DNA from: Bacteroidota bacterium
GTDB lineage: Bacteria; Bacteroidota; Rhodothermia; Rhodothermales; Rubricoccaceae
Length of the DNA: 64,000 nucleotides
Reading direction: 5' to 3'
Assembly: GCA_022561755.1 (NCBI GenBank)
Contig: JADFQN010000001.1
Span: 747 to 64,746 of the forward strand
In this document: positions 19,636-28,806 of the stretch, in pieces
Numbering within the stretch: position 1 is the stretch's first letter
Layout of the letters: the number at the start of each line of letters is the position of its first letter
The notes under the pieces: model-generated
The model's input: the letters and a program-made list of their open reading frames with translations, nothing else
What the model was told of the DNA's origin: nothing
The model's database searches: none
Program-made: the position numbers and the translations under genes

Positions 19636-19843
19636 CTACTCGTCGTAGGGCAGGGAGTCGATGTCTACATCCACGTAGTCTGGTTCAGGGTCCTCCGGGA
19701 ACTGCACGGCCAGAATGGACTCTCTGCCTTGCAGAAGCGGTACTCGCCCAGTGGGATGTCCAATTTCTTGACAAAGCCGAGATTCTCGGTATAGAAGGCA
19801 AGGGCATTGTTAGGTCTACGTTGCCGCGCAGCAACGAACCCAT
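19636..19843 (-). pseudogene. VOC (glyoxalase/bleomycin-resistance) family gene remnant, copy 1
   Basis: The pieces lie in three minus-strand frames: MGSLLRGNVDL, then NNALAFYTENLGFVKKLDIPLGEYRF, then ILAVQFPEDPEPDYVDVDIDSLPYDE*. It is far shorter than a normal VOC protein. Confidence 0.5.
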
Positions 19844-20062
19844 TCTGTGCAGAGCCTCGTCCGATATACACGCCTGTGCCAAAGGAGCAATGCCCACCAC
19901 CGCCCACACAGAATAGCGCAAGCGCTTGTTATTACCGGGCGGATCTTTTATGTTTTACAAAGATCACAAAACCATCAGAATCACAAGGGGTCCTGGCGCG
20001 GCCTCGGCGTCGGCATGGTTTAGCAGATTGGCCCTCCATCCTTACTCATCGGGAAGTACACA

Positions 20063-21517
20063 ATGAACACCTTTCACTTGCCTGAATTGCGTCGGGCATG
20101 CATCCTTCTCTTCTCTTTCGCCCTCTTGGTCACCCCGATGGGATGTGACAGCGATGAGGAATTCGCAGGACTGGATCTCGACGCGCAGCTGATGGCCGCG
20201 CTACAGGCCGCCGCCGACAACGGCGAGGCTTCGTTCTTTATGCTTCCGGACGGCGACGATCTCGCCTCTATCCCGCAAGACCCCCTCAACCCGCTCACGC
20301 AGGCGAAGGTGGATTTGGGACGGTTGCTGATGCACGAGACGGCCCTCGCCCTCAACCCGATGCATGCCGAGTCGATGGGGACGTACTCGTGCTCCTCGTG
20401 TCACCATGCCGCAGCGGGCTTCCGCGCGGGTATCCCACAGGGACTGGCTGACGGCGGTGTCGGGTTTGGCCGCTTCGGCGAGCGTCGGGTGCCCAATCCG
20501 AGCTATGGTGATGACGAGCTCGACAGACAGCCGATTCGTGCGCCGTCCATGATGAACGCGGCGTACCAGGAAGCCAACCTCTGGAACGGCCAGTTCGGTG
20601 CTACTGGCATCAACGCTGGAACCGAGTCGGAGTGGACGGTGGATACGCCGATTGAGGTCAACACCCTTGGGTACGAAGGGATCGAGACGCAGGCAGTCGC
20701 TGCACTGGCGGTGCACCGCATGGCAGATGGCGCGGCTCAGCTACTGCAGGACTACCCCGAGTATCAGACGATGTTCGATGCAGCCTTTCCTGGGTTTCAG
20801 GCTACCAACGCGGCTCTTGTACCAGCTGAAAGAGAGATGGCCGGTCTCGCGATCGGCGCCTGGGAGCGGACCGTCCTCGCCGACGAGGCTCCGTTTCAGC
20901 GTTGGCTTCGGGGTGAAACGGGAGCAATGAGCGAAGCACAGAAGCGTGGCGCCGTTCTTTTCTTCGGACGTGCCAACTGCTCATCCTGCCACAACGGCCC
21001 GTCCCTTGCCGATATGTCGTTCCGCGCCCTCGGCATGGGCGAGCTGCTCGGCCCCGGCGTCTTCAGCCCATTCAATCCGAAGGATCCGGTCCACCTTGGA
21101 CGCGCGAGCTTCACGCAGGTTGATGCGGACCGCTACAGGTTTAAGGTTCCTCAACTCTATAACCTCGCCGACGGCGCTTTCCTTGGCCACGGTTCGACGT
21201 TCTCCTCAATTCGCGAAGTCGTTGAGTATAAAAATGTAGCGGTTCGGCAAACAACGAACGTACCGGTGGATCGTCTCGATCCGCTCTTCGTCCCGCTGAA
21301 TCTCACCGAGGATGAGATCGACGACATCACGATGTTCCTGGAGAGAGGGCTCTACGACCCGAACCTCGCGCGACACAGCCCGACATCGTTGCCTTCCGGA
21401 AACTGCTTCCCAAACAACGACACGCAGAGCCGGATCGATCTCGGCTGCGAGGGCGCCCTGGCACATCCGGCACCACAGCAGGGTCGCGGCTTCGCTCTGC
21501 TAGGCGGATCTAGGTAA
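20063..21517 (+). CDS. Di-haem cytochrome c peroxidase family protein (CCP/MauG-like), probable lipoprotein
   Basis: 484 aa with two CxxCH haem motifs (CSSCHH and CSSCHN) and an N-terminal lipobox-like LLVTPMGC. Confidence 0.9.
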   Translation: MNTFHLPELRRACILLFSFALLVTPMGCDSDEEFAGLDLDAQLMAALQAAADNGEASFFMLPDGDDLASIPQDPLNPLTQAKVDLGRLLMHETALALNPMHAESMGTYSCSSCHHAAAGFRAGIPQGLADGGVGFGRFGERRVPNPSYGDDELDRQPIRAPSMMNAAYQEANLWNGQFGATGINAGTESEWTVDTPIEVNTLGYEGIETQAVAALAVHRMADGAAQLLQDYPEYQTMFDAAFPGFQATNAALVPAEREMAGLAIGAWERTVLADEAPFQRWLRGETGAMSEAQKRGAVLFFGRANCSSCHNGPSLADMSFRALGMGELLGPGVFSPFNPKDPVHLGRASFTQVDADRYRFKVPQLYNLADGAFLGHGSTFSSIREVVEYKNVAVRQTTNVPVDRLDPLFVPLNLTEDEIDDITMFLERGLYDPNLARHSPTSLPSGNCFPNNDTQSRIDLGCEGALAHPAPQQGRGFALLGGSR

Positions 21518-21607
21518 CGCCAGATCTTAGCGTCGTGTGACGCAGCGTATCCGATGCGGCTGCCTCTCCATGAAGGAGGGGTGGTCGCGGTCTTTTTGTA
21601 TCGGCGG

Positions 21608-21774
21608 CTACCCGGACTCGTCGTAGGGCAGCGAGTCGATGTCTACATCGACGTAGTCCGGCTCGGGGTCTTCCACGAACTGCACGGCCGGAATGGATTC
21701 CTAGTCTTCTCAGTGTAGAACGCGAGGGCTTTGGCCTGATCGTCAACAAATATGCCGGAGACGCGGACGTGCAT
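21608..21774 (-). pseudogene. VOC family gene remnant, copy 2 (internally deleted)
   Basis: MHVRVSGIFVDDQAKALAFYTEK is joined out of frame to IPAVQFVEDPEPDYVDVDIDSLPYDESG*. The tail is 75/85 nt identical to 19638-19722. Confidence 0.5.
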
Positions 21775-21866
21775 CGTACATAATTGCTAGTCCAGAACGA
21801 GAAATGCCGGATGATCGTAAGCGAGGCTCCAAAAGAAGAGGGCGCTGAAGCCCACGAAGAACGGAG

Positions 21867-22340
21867 CTAGCGCGTGGTGAAATTCAATTCGTTTACGGTC
21901 TCCTCGCCGTTCTCCATTCCGTAGAGCGTACGCGTGAATGCTCCGTCCCCATCGAACCGATAGACAATCCGCGACGGATTCGCGTTGTTCGGATTCTCGA
22001 AGGTCATACCGGTCGGGGAAGCGTCTGTCTGCTCCCAGACCATCACGCCGCCCGTAGACGGATGCGCAATCAGGTAGGTCGTCTCGCCAAGCTCGCCGAT
22101 GGCAACGGTTTCAGAATAGGACGTGTCGCCGGCGGCGATGAAGTAGCCTTCCGATTTCATCATCGAGCCATCTGGGCCCGGTTCCCATCTTTCATGGATT
22201 TCGCCACCGAATGCTTCTGCTACCCAGGTACCGACAAGGGGTGAAGGAGAGTCCACGTCCGCTGGCGCGGCAGCGTGATCGGGCTCGGAGGCGCAGCCTA
22301 TCAATAGAACAGCAAGAACGAAGGAGAGACGGAGCGGCAT
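21867..22340 (-). CDS. Lipoprotein of unknown function
   Basis: 157 aa with signal peptide and lipobox MPLRLSFVLAVLLIGCAS. Composition is protein-like. No family assigned. Confidence 0.6.
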   Translation of the reverse strand: MPLRLSFVLAVLLIGCASEPDHAAAPADVDSPSPLVGTWVAEAFGGEIHERWEPGPDGSMMKSEGYFIAAGDTSYSETVAIGELGETTYLIAHPSTGGVMVWEQTDASPTGMTFENPNNANPSRIVYRFDGDGAFTRTLYGMENGEETVNELNFTTR

Positions 22341-22380
22341 GGCGGCGCGGACTAGATGTGCTAAGAATATAGCATGTGTG

Positions 22381-22884
22381 CTAGTCCTCGGAAGGCAGCG
22401 AGTTCCACATGTCGTGCGCGATGCGCCAGACGCCGTCCGGATCCCGCTGCCAGACGACGAGGTATTTGCCCCGAAAGGGCGGACGGGATTCGCCGTCCTG
22501 CGTGACCGCGCCCTCGTAATAGCCCCAATCGTAGGCGAAGTCTCCGTGGACCTTTAGTTCGACTGGCGTTGCCTGGTGATGCGTAACCACCCGGCCTTCC
22601 GGCAGCGACCACAACTCAAATAAAGCATCATGCCCCCGGACGAATTCGCTCCCACCCGGAGCGGCTATCCCGTCCTCCGCATACACAGCTACCAGCGCCT
22701 CTATGTCTCCCGCCATGTAGGCCTCCGACAAGGCTCTCGATTGGGCGAGGATGGCGGTGATGTCTTCGGAGGGGCCTTCGAACTCAGATCCTCGTTGTGC
22801 CGCGGCGGGATCTCCGATAGCGATCAGTAATATAATGGGCAGGTAACATTTCGACTTTAAGTTGATTCTCATTCGTTTGACCAT
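22381..22884 (-). CDS. SnoaL/DUF4440-like (NTF2 fold) protein with signal peptide
   Basis: The C-terminal segment RGKYLVVWQRDPDGVWRIAHDMWN is typical of DUF4440/YybH-like proteins. The start is uncertain (22899, 22884 or 22872). The first ~25 codons are AT-rich, unlike the rest of the gene. Confidence 0.7.
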   Translation of the reverse strand: MVKRMRINLKSKCYLPIILLIAIGDPAAAQRGSEFEGPSEDITAILAQSRALSEAYMAGDIEALVAVYAEDGIAAPGGSEFVRGHDALFELWSLPEGRVVTHHQATPVELKVHGDFAYDWGYYEGAVTQDGESRPPFRGKYLVVWQRDPDGVWRIAHDMWNSLPSED

Positions 22885-22922
22885 ATGAACGACTTGCACG
22901 ACAATTGTATCAGACCACCCTA

Positions 22923-24356
22923 CTATAGTTTACTCGCAGAGGGTTTGGGAATAGCGTTCACAATCTCAATATCGGAAAGTGGATCTCCTGCTGCAGAGGC
23001 CTCGTTCCTCAACTTGTACAATTCTTGATCCTTCCTGCCCATACGCCCAACATCCAAGACTAAATAAATAGCGCGGCTCGATTGCTCAGCAGCCTTGTAT
23101 GCTTCTAATTGCTTCGAGTAGCCTGAAACAAGTTTTGTGTTGGTTGACAGCTTGACCTCGACTAAGACTTTACTGTCTCCACCTCTGGATACCTTGAAAT
23201 CTACAGGCCCACGGCCAGAATCCGCTTCAGGAGAGATATCAAGGTTGTTCGCCTGACAGTAGGCGTATGCCACAGCAAAAAACAGTCGTTGTGCATACTG
23301 TTCTGGGAGGTGCTTAGAGTCGCGCCAAAGACTCTTTGCCAACCCATTGTTTTCAACCAGTTGACGAAACTGGTCAACAATCTGTCTAACCAAATCGTAG
23401 ACACCTCCCAAATCAAGATCCGTTGGTGCCGTTAGTGAAAGCGGGTTAGCCTCGGCAATTGCCTTGGCCTCCTCTGCCCAACGGCGTAGTCCTGAAGGAT
23501 CGGAGATCGGATCGTAAGGTTGATTCTTCGCTCCCTGTAGTACATCAAGTAGTGTCTTGAAGCCAGCCGCACTAGACATCGCTTGATCACGCAGCAACCG
23601 TTTGTTGCGCTTCGCCCTGGTCGCCCACAGATGTCCAATATGTTGGTTGACTCGGTCTCGCAATATCGAATTGTGGGAGGCAGCGTCAGCGACATCATCC
23701 CAGTCCGTGGCGAGAGGAAGTTCTTTCAACACGTCCGTTGGCACAAGAATGACAGGCGTAGGTTTCGACTCAAATGGATTTTCTGCCAGCCGAATACTTC
23801 GGCCAAGGATGTTGAATCGCTTGGTTGGAACGCCCAGCGACGTGAGTACACGAGTGTTGAATTGAGCCAACGCGTCGATAATCACGTTGGTTGTCATGTC
23901 ACTGATTCGATCAGGTCCGACGCCTTCTTCAAACAAGGCCAGGGCGACAAATAGATTGGGGTCGCGGACGCCGAGATCTACTATCTCCTTGGCTGTTCTC
24001 ATCACGTCAGCCGTCAGTTTCTCGCCAAACGCACTGCCTTTGATTGACGAACCGTAGCCCAAGCACGTACCACTCACCTCATGGAATTGAAAAAGCTTGA
24101 TAGCTCCCCTCCATGCAACGTCTCCCTTCATCGAGGAAGCCTGCAGAAGAGAAATTATGGTTTGAAAATGGTTGGTATACTGAGCGACAGCAACGGAGTT
24201 CATTTCAGAGTGTTTGCTGTGCGCTAGTAACAATGGATCAATGAAGAGCTTGGTGTCTATCGCCAAAGTTGGATTGAGGACACCAAGTTTTACCATTTCT
24301 TTTGGACTTACTCCGTAGTGAGCTGAAAAAGTAGCAGGATTTTTGAGGCGTGCCAT
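22923..24356 (-). CDS. Orphan 477-aa protein with an N-terminal domain of unknown family and a C-terminal PD-(D/E)xK-like nuclease core
   Basis: Single long ORF in a low-GC islet. The C-terminal motif order is PEQYAQRLFFAVAYAY, then GRGPVDF, then KVLVEVKLS, then KQLEAY. Confidence 0.7.
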   Translation of the reverse strand: MARLKNPATFSAHYGVSPKEMVKLGVLNPTLAIDTKLFIDPLLLAHSKHSEMNSVAVAQYTNHFQTIISLLQASSMKGDVAWRGAIKLFQFHEVSGTCLGYGSSIKGSAFGEKLTADVMRTAKEIVDLGVRDPNLFVALALFEEGVGPDRISDMTTNVIIDALAQFNTRVLTSLGVPTKRFNILGRSIRLAENPFESKPTPVILVPTDVLKELPLATDWDDVADAASHNSILRDRVNQHIGHLWATRAKRNKRLLRDQAMSSAAGFKTLLDVLQGAKNQPYDPISDPSGLRRWAEEAKAIAEANPLSLTAPTDLDLGGVYDLVRQIVDQFRQLVENNGLAKSLWRDSKHLPEQYAQRLFFAVAYAYCQANNLDISPEADSGRGPVDFKVSRGGDSKVLVEVKLSTNTKLVSGYSKQLEAYKAAEQSSRAIYLVLDVGRMGRKDQELYKLRNEASAAGDPLSDIEIVNAIPKPSASKL

Positions 24357-24446
24357 ATTTACTTGTGAAGAATTACGATTTGTAGTGTTTTATACGGGTA
24401 TCGTGCTCATATGTTTCAGTTCATGAATCTGGCATAATCGACGAAA

Positions 24447-27143
24447 TCATGCCTCCCCACCCTCGGCCATCAACGCCTGCCCCGCGCCTGATGCGGGGTG
24501 CCCGTTCGTCGCGGCAGCCTCTTCCCCTGAAGCCTCCGTCGTCAGCGTAACCCCTTCGCCGCCGGGGGCGGCGTCGATCACGACCGTGTCGCCGTCGCGG
24601 ACGAAGCCGGCGAGGATCTGCTCGGCCAGGCCGTTGGCGATCTGGCGCTGGAGGACGCGCTTGAGGGGCCGGGCGCCGAAGACGGGGTCGAAGCCCTCCG
24701 CGGCCAGGCGGTCCTTGGCCTCGTCGGTGAGGACGAGCTTGAGGCCGTGGTTCTTCTCGGCCCTCGCACGGATGTGCTCGAACTGGATCTCCACGATGCG
24801 GCGGATCTCCTCGCGCCCCAGCGACCGGAACACGATGATTTCGTCGATCCGGTTGATGAACTCGGGCCGGAGTTGCTCCTTGAGCCGGTTGTTCAGGTCG
24901 AGGCGTAGCCCTTCCATCTCGGTGTCGGATAGCTGCCCGTCCTCGGCCATTTCCATCCGGCGCCGGATGAGATCCGACCCCAGGTTGCTCGTCATGATGA
25001 TGAGCGTGTTCGTAAAGTCGACGGTGCGGCCCTTCGCGTCGGTCAGGCGGCCGTCGTCCAGCACCTGCAGGAGAACGTTGAACACCTCCGGATGGGCTTT
25101 TTCAAACTCGTCCAGCAAAACGACAGAGTACGGGCGCCGCCGGACGGCCTCGGTAAGCTGACCGCCTTCGTCGTAGCCGATGTATCCCGGAGGCGCACCG
25201 ATGAGGCGCGACACGGTGTGGCGCTCCTGGTACTCGCTCATGTCGATGCGGACGACCGCGTGCTCGTCGTCGAAGAGCTGCTCGGCGAGGGCTTTGGCCA
25301 GCTCAGTTTTCCCCACGCCCGTCGAGCCGAGGAAGATGAACGATCCCAGCGGGCGGCTCGCTTCCTGCAGGCCCGCGCGCCCACGCCGGACGGCGTTCGA
25401 TACGGCCTCGAGGGCCTCGCTTTGGCCCACCACGCGCTCTTCGAGCGCAGCTTCCATATCCAGCAGCTTCTCCTTCTCGGTCTCCAGCATCTTGGTCACG
25501 GGGATGCCCGTAGCGCGCGAAACCACACCCGCGATGTCCTCGGCGTCCACTTCTTCCTTGAGCATCGCGCCGTTCTTCTGGGCTTCCACCAGTTTCGCCG
25601 TTGCTTCCTCGATTTCGGTTTCCAGGGTCGGAATCTGCCCGTAGCGGATCTCCGCAACCTTGCCATAATCGCCCTGCCGTTCGAGATCGGCGGCCTTCGT
25701 CTTGAACGCGTCGATGGCCACCTTGCGGTCCTTGATGGTCTGCACGAGGTCGCGTTCCTGCTCCCAGCGGGCATGCAGCCGGCCGCGCTCCTCTTCGAGG
25801 TCGGCCAACTGCTTCGTGATTTCCTCCTCCTGCTTTGTATCGCCCTCGCGCTTGACGGCTTCCCGGGCGATCTCCTGCTGCGTGATCTCGCGCGTTACCG
25901 CGTCCAACTCCTCCGGCATGGAGTCGATTTCCATGCGCAGTCTCGACGCAGTCTCGTCGATCAGGTCGATGGCCTTGTCGGGCAGGAAGCGGTTGGTGAC
26001 GTAGCGATCCGATAGCTCGGCGGCAGCCACGATGGCGCCGTCCGTGATGCGGACGCCGTGGTGGACCTCGTAGCGGTCCTTGATGCCGCGCAGGATGGCC
26101 ACCGTTTCTTCCACGGAGGGCTCGGCGACGAGCACCATCTGGAAACGCCGCTCCAGCGCCTTGTCCTTCTCGAAGTACTTCTGGTACTCGTCCAACGTCG
26201 TCGCGCCGATGGCGCGCAGTTCTCCGCGAGCGAGTGCCGGCTTGAGGATGTTGGCGGCGTCCATCGCGCCCTCAGCGGCGCCCGCGCCTACGAGAGTGTG
26301 GATTTCGTCAATGAACAGAATGATCTCGCCCTCGGCATCCGTCACTTCCTTGACCACGGCTTTGAGACGGTCCTCGAACTCGCCCCGGTACTTCGCGCCC
26401 GCGATGAGTGCGCCCATGTCGAGCGCGAGGACACGCTTGCTTTTGATGCCCTCGGGCACGTCGCCCTGCACGATGCGGATGGCGAGGCCTTCGGCTATTG
26501 CCGTCTTCCCCACGCCCGGTTCGCCAACGAGGATCGGGTTGTTCTTGGTGCGCCGCGAGAGGATCTGGAGCACGCGGCGGATCTCCTCATCGCGCCCGAT
26601 GACGGGGTCGATTTTGCCTTTCCGCGCGAGGTCGTTGAGGTCGCGCGCGTAGCGGTTGAGGGCGTCGTACTTGCTTTCGGCGTACGGGTCCATCACGCTC
26701 TGGCCGCCGCGCACATCTTTCAGAATCTCCAGGATGCGCTCTCGCGTGACTTCCTGATTGGCGAGGGCCTCCGCAATGGCGTCTTTGGCCTCTGCCATCG
26801 CGATCAACAGGTGCTCGGTAGCTACGTAGGCGTCGCCGAGCTTGTCCGCTTCTTTCAGCGCCCGGTCGAAGACCTTATTCAGCTCGTTGCCCACGTACTG
26901 CCCGGTCACGGACGCGCCGCTGACCTTGGGCAGCTTCTCCAGCGCCTCGTCGGTCTTCGTGCTGATGTAGTCGATGTTGGCGTTGAGGCGCTGCAGGATC
27001 GTGGTGACGAGCCCACCCTCTTCCTGGAGGAAGGCCTTCATCAGATGCGGCGTCTCGATGCCCTGATGCGTGTGGCTCTGGGCGATCTCCATCGCGGCCT
27101 GCACGGCCTCTTGCGCCTTGACGGTAAACTTCTGGAGGTTCAT
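24447..27143 (-). CDS. clpB: ATP-dependent chaperone ClpB
   Basis: 898 aa with two AAA+ modules ([10 protein letters not shown] and [12 protein letters not shown]), a middle coiled-coil domain and an N-terminal Clp repeat domain. Confidence 0.97.
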   Translation of the reverse strand: MNLQKFTVKAQEAVQAAMEIAQSHTHQGIETPHLMKAFLQEEGGLVTTILQRLNANIDYISTKTDEALEKLPKVSGASVTGQYVGNELNKVFDRALKEADKLGDAYVATEHLLIAMAEAKDAIAEALANQEVTRERILEILKDVRGGQSVMDPYAESKYDALNRYARDLNDLARKGKIDPVIGRDEEIRRVLQILSRRTKNNPILVGEPGVGKTAIAEGLAIRIVQGDVPEGIKSKRVLALDMGALIAGAKYRGEFEDRLKAVVKEVTDAEGEIILFIDEIHTLVGAGAAEGAMDAANILKPALARGELRAIGATTLDEYQKYFEKDKALERRFQMVLVAEPSVEETVAILRGIKDRYEVHHGVRITDGAIVAAAELSDRYVTNRFLPDKAIDLIDETASRLRMEIDSMPEELDAVTREITQQEIAREAVKREGDTKQEEEITKQLADLEEERGRLHARWEQERDLVQTIKDRKVAIDAFKTKAADLERQGDYGKVAEIRYGQIPTLETEIEEATAKLVEAQKNGAMLKEEVDAEDIAGVVSRATGIPVTKMLETEKEKLLDMEAALEERVVGQSEALEAVSNAVRRGRAGLQEASRPLGSFIFLGSTGVGKTELAKALAEQLFDDEHAVVRIDMSEYQERHTVSRLIGAPPGYIGYDEGGQLTEAVRRRPYSVVLLDEFEKAHPEVFNVLLQVLDDGRLTDAKGRTVDFTNTLIIMTSNLGSDLIRRRMEMAEDGQLSDTEMEGLRLDLNNRLKEQLRPEFINRIDEIIVFRSLGREEIRRIVEIQFEHIRARAEKNHGLKLVLTDEAKDRLAAEGFDPVFGARPLKRVLQRQIANGLAEQILAGFVRDGDTVVIDAAPGGEGVTLTTEASGEEAAATNGHPASGAGQALMAEGGEA

Positions 27144-27343
27144 AAGTGATGCGTGAGTGTCGCGATTACGCCATTCTCAAACTCCAATTTCGTACCAGTC
27201 TACGAAGACTGTCAAGGTGGCAGGCGGGAGGATTGGAGTCCAAATTACTTGTAGAGTGTAACCTTCCGGCGCGCTATTCCGTTTGCACACGGGTCGGGCG
27301 CTGCTTACGTCCGGTTTCCCCCTTTTTACCTACCCAAACGGTC

Positions 27344-28072
27344 ATGCGCCTTTCCCTCTACTCCCTGCTCGCACTCTTGCTCCTCGGTAGCTATGCGACA
27401 CCCTCCATTGCCCAGCGCTCGCAAACAATCGACGGCTCGGGTTCGCCTGGTAGCCGCAGCGAGGAAGCGCAAGGTGTTCACCAGATTTCCCTATCGGTCC
27501 CGGGCACCCTCGTCATCGAAGTCGGGCGCGAAGCGCCGCTCCGCATAGAAGGTGACGACAACATCGTGGACGCGCTCATCGTGGAGCGCGACGGCGATGA
27601 ACTCAAAATTCGTGCGCCGCGCCGGACCAGCCTTCGTCCGAACCGGCCGCTGCGCCTCTATGTTGGCGTGGTCTCGCTGGAAGGCGTGAGCGTTGCTGGC
27701 AGTGGGCAGATTGAAGCCGAGGGCATTCACGCCGGCTCGTTTGAAGCGAGCGTCGCGGGCTCTGGTTCCATTGTGCTCGGCGGTCTTGACGCAAACTCTG
27801 TTGAGGTAAGCATCGCAGGCTCGGGTGACGTGGTGATAGACGGACAGGCCGACGAACTAGAGATTAGCATCGCAGGCAGTGGCAACGCCCATCTCGATGA
27901 ACTAGCCGTCAACGAGGCCGATGTCAGCATTGCCGGGAGTGGCAATGTGTTCGTGAACGTGAACGAGAGCCTCTCGGCCAGCATCGTAGGGTCCGGCGAT
28001 GTGCGCTACATCGGTGAGCCACACATCAACCGCTCCATCATGGGTTCGGGTGATGTGGAACCCGCCCGCTGA
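27344..28072 (+). CDS. DUF2807 / head GIN domain protein (putative adhesin-like beta-helix)
   Basis: Trimmed to MRLSLYSLLALLLLGSYATPSIAQ at 27344. It has repeated (I/V)AGSG(D/N)(V/A) units and ends in GSGDVRYIGEP. Confidence 0.8.
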   Translation: MRLSLYSLLALLLLGSYATPSIAQRSQTIDGSGSPGSRSEEAQGVHQISLSVPGTLVIEVGREAPLRIEGDDNIVDALIVERDGDELKIRAPRRTSLRPNRPLRLYVGVVSLEGVSVAGSGQIEAEGIHAGSFEASVAGSGSIVLGGLDANSVEVSIAGSGDVVIDGQADELEISIAGSGNAHLDELAVNEADVSIAGSGNVFVNVNESLSASIVGSGDVRYIGEPHINRSIMGSGDVEPAR

Positions 28073-28115
28073 CGTTGGAAGTACGATTCGTTTAGCGCTC
28101 GGCTAGCCACGTAGC

Positions 28116-28706
28116 TTGTTGAGTAGCCGGTTCATAGCTATGAAAGGATTGATGCTCTCGCATGCGCGGCTTCTCGTCCTGCCGATTGTGATGGCGCTGG
28201 CCCTCGTCGGGCCCGGCTGCGTCCAGAAAATTGATGATGTTTCGGAAGTCTGCCCCACTGGGCTCAGGACTGTAGAAGATCCTTTGAGCGAAGCCCCTGA
28301 CTTGTCCTGTACCGACCTGAGAGGGGCTGACCTGAAAGGGGCCGACCTGGGTGAGGCCGACCTGACCGGGGCCGACCTGACCGGGGCCGACCTAAGTTGG
28401 GCCAACCTGGGTGAGGCCAAAATGATCAAGGCCAACCTGAGCGGGGCCGACCTGAGTGGGGCCAACCTGAGCGGGGCCAACCTGACCTTGGTCGGCCTGG
28501 GTGAGGCTGACCTGAGCGGGGCCAACCTGAGCGGGGCCGACCTGAGAGGGGCCAACCTGGGTGAGATCAACATTATCAAGGCCATCCTGACCGGGTCCGG
28601 GAATCTGGATTGGCCCAATCTAGACGACGCCACTTATGATTCCACTACTCAGCTTCCGCCGGGTATTGATCCAACAGCAATCGGTATGACATTGATCTCA
28701 GAGTAG
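28116..28706 (+). CDS. Pentapeptide-repeat lipoprotein
   Basis: Runs of A(D/N)L-x-G pentads (GADLKGADLGEADLTGADLTGADLSWANL...). The N-terminal signal and lipobox is LALVGPGC. An alternative start is the ATG at 28140. Confidence 0.85.
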   Translation: MLSSRFIAMKGLMLSHARLLVLPIVMALALVGPGCVQKIDDVSEVCPTGLRTVEDPLSEAPDLSCTDLRGADLKGADLGEADLTGADLTGADLSWANLGEAKMIKANLSGADLSGANLSGANLTLVGLGEADLSGANLSGADLRGANLGEINIIKAILTGSGNLDWPNLDDATYDSTTQLPPGIDPTAIGMTLISE

Positions 28707-28806
28707 TAGTCAATCACTGGCTAGCGCGGGGACAGAGGGCCGAGGGCTTCGAGCCGGTCGTGGAAGCTGCACGAGATGGGGTGGTATGAGTTATCTGATA
28801 CCGGCA

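Noticed and set aside
28300-28570. A 15-nt periodic tandem repeat (GGGGCCGACCTGA-type units) that superficially resembles a repeat array.
   Set aside because: The periodicity is the coding repeat of a pentapeptide-repeat protein (A(D/N)LxG). The units are contiguous with no spacers, and the frame is open throughout.
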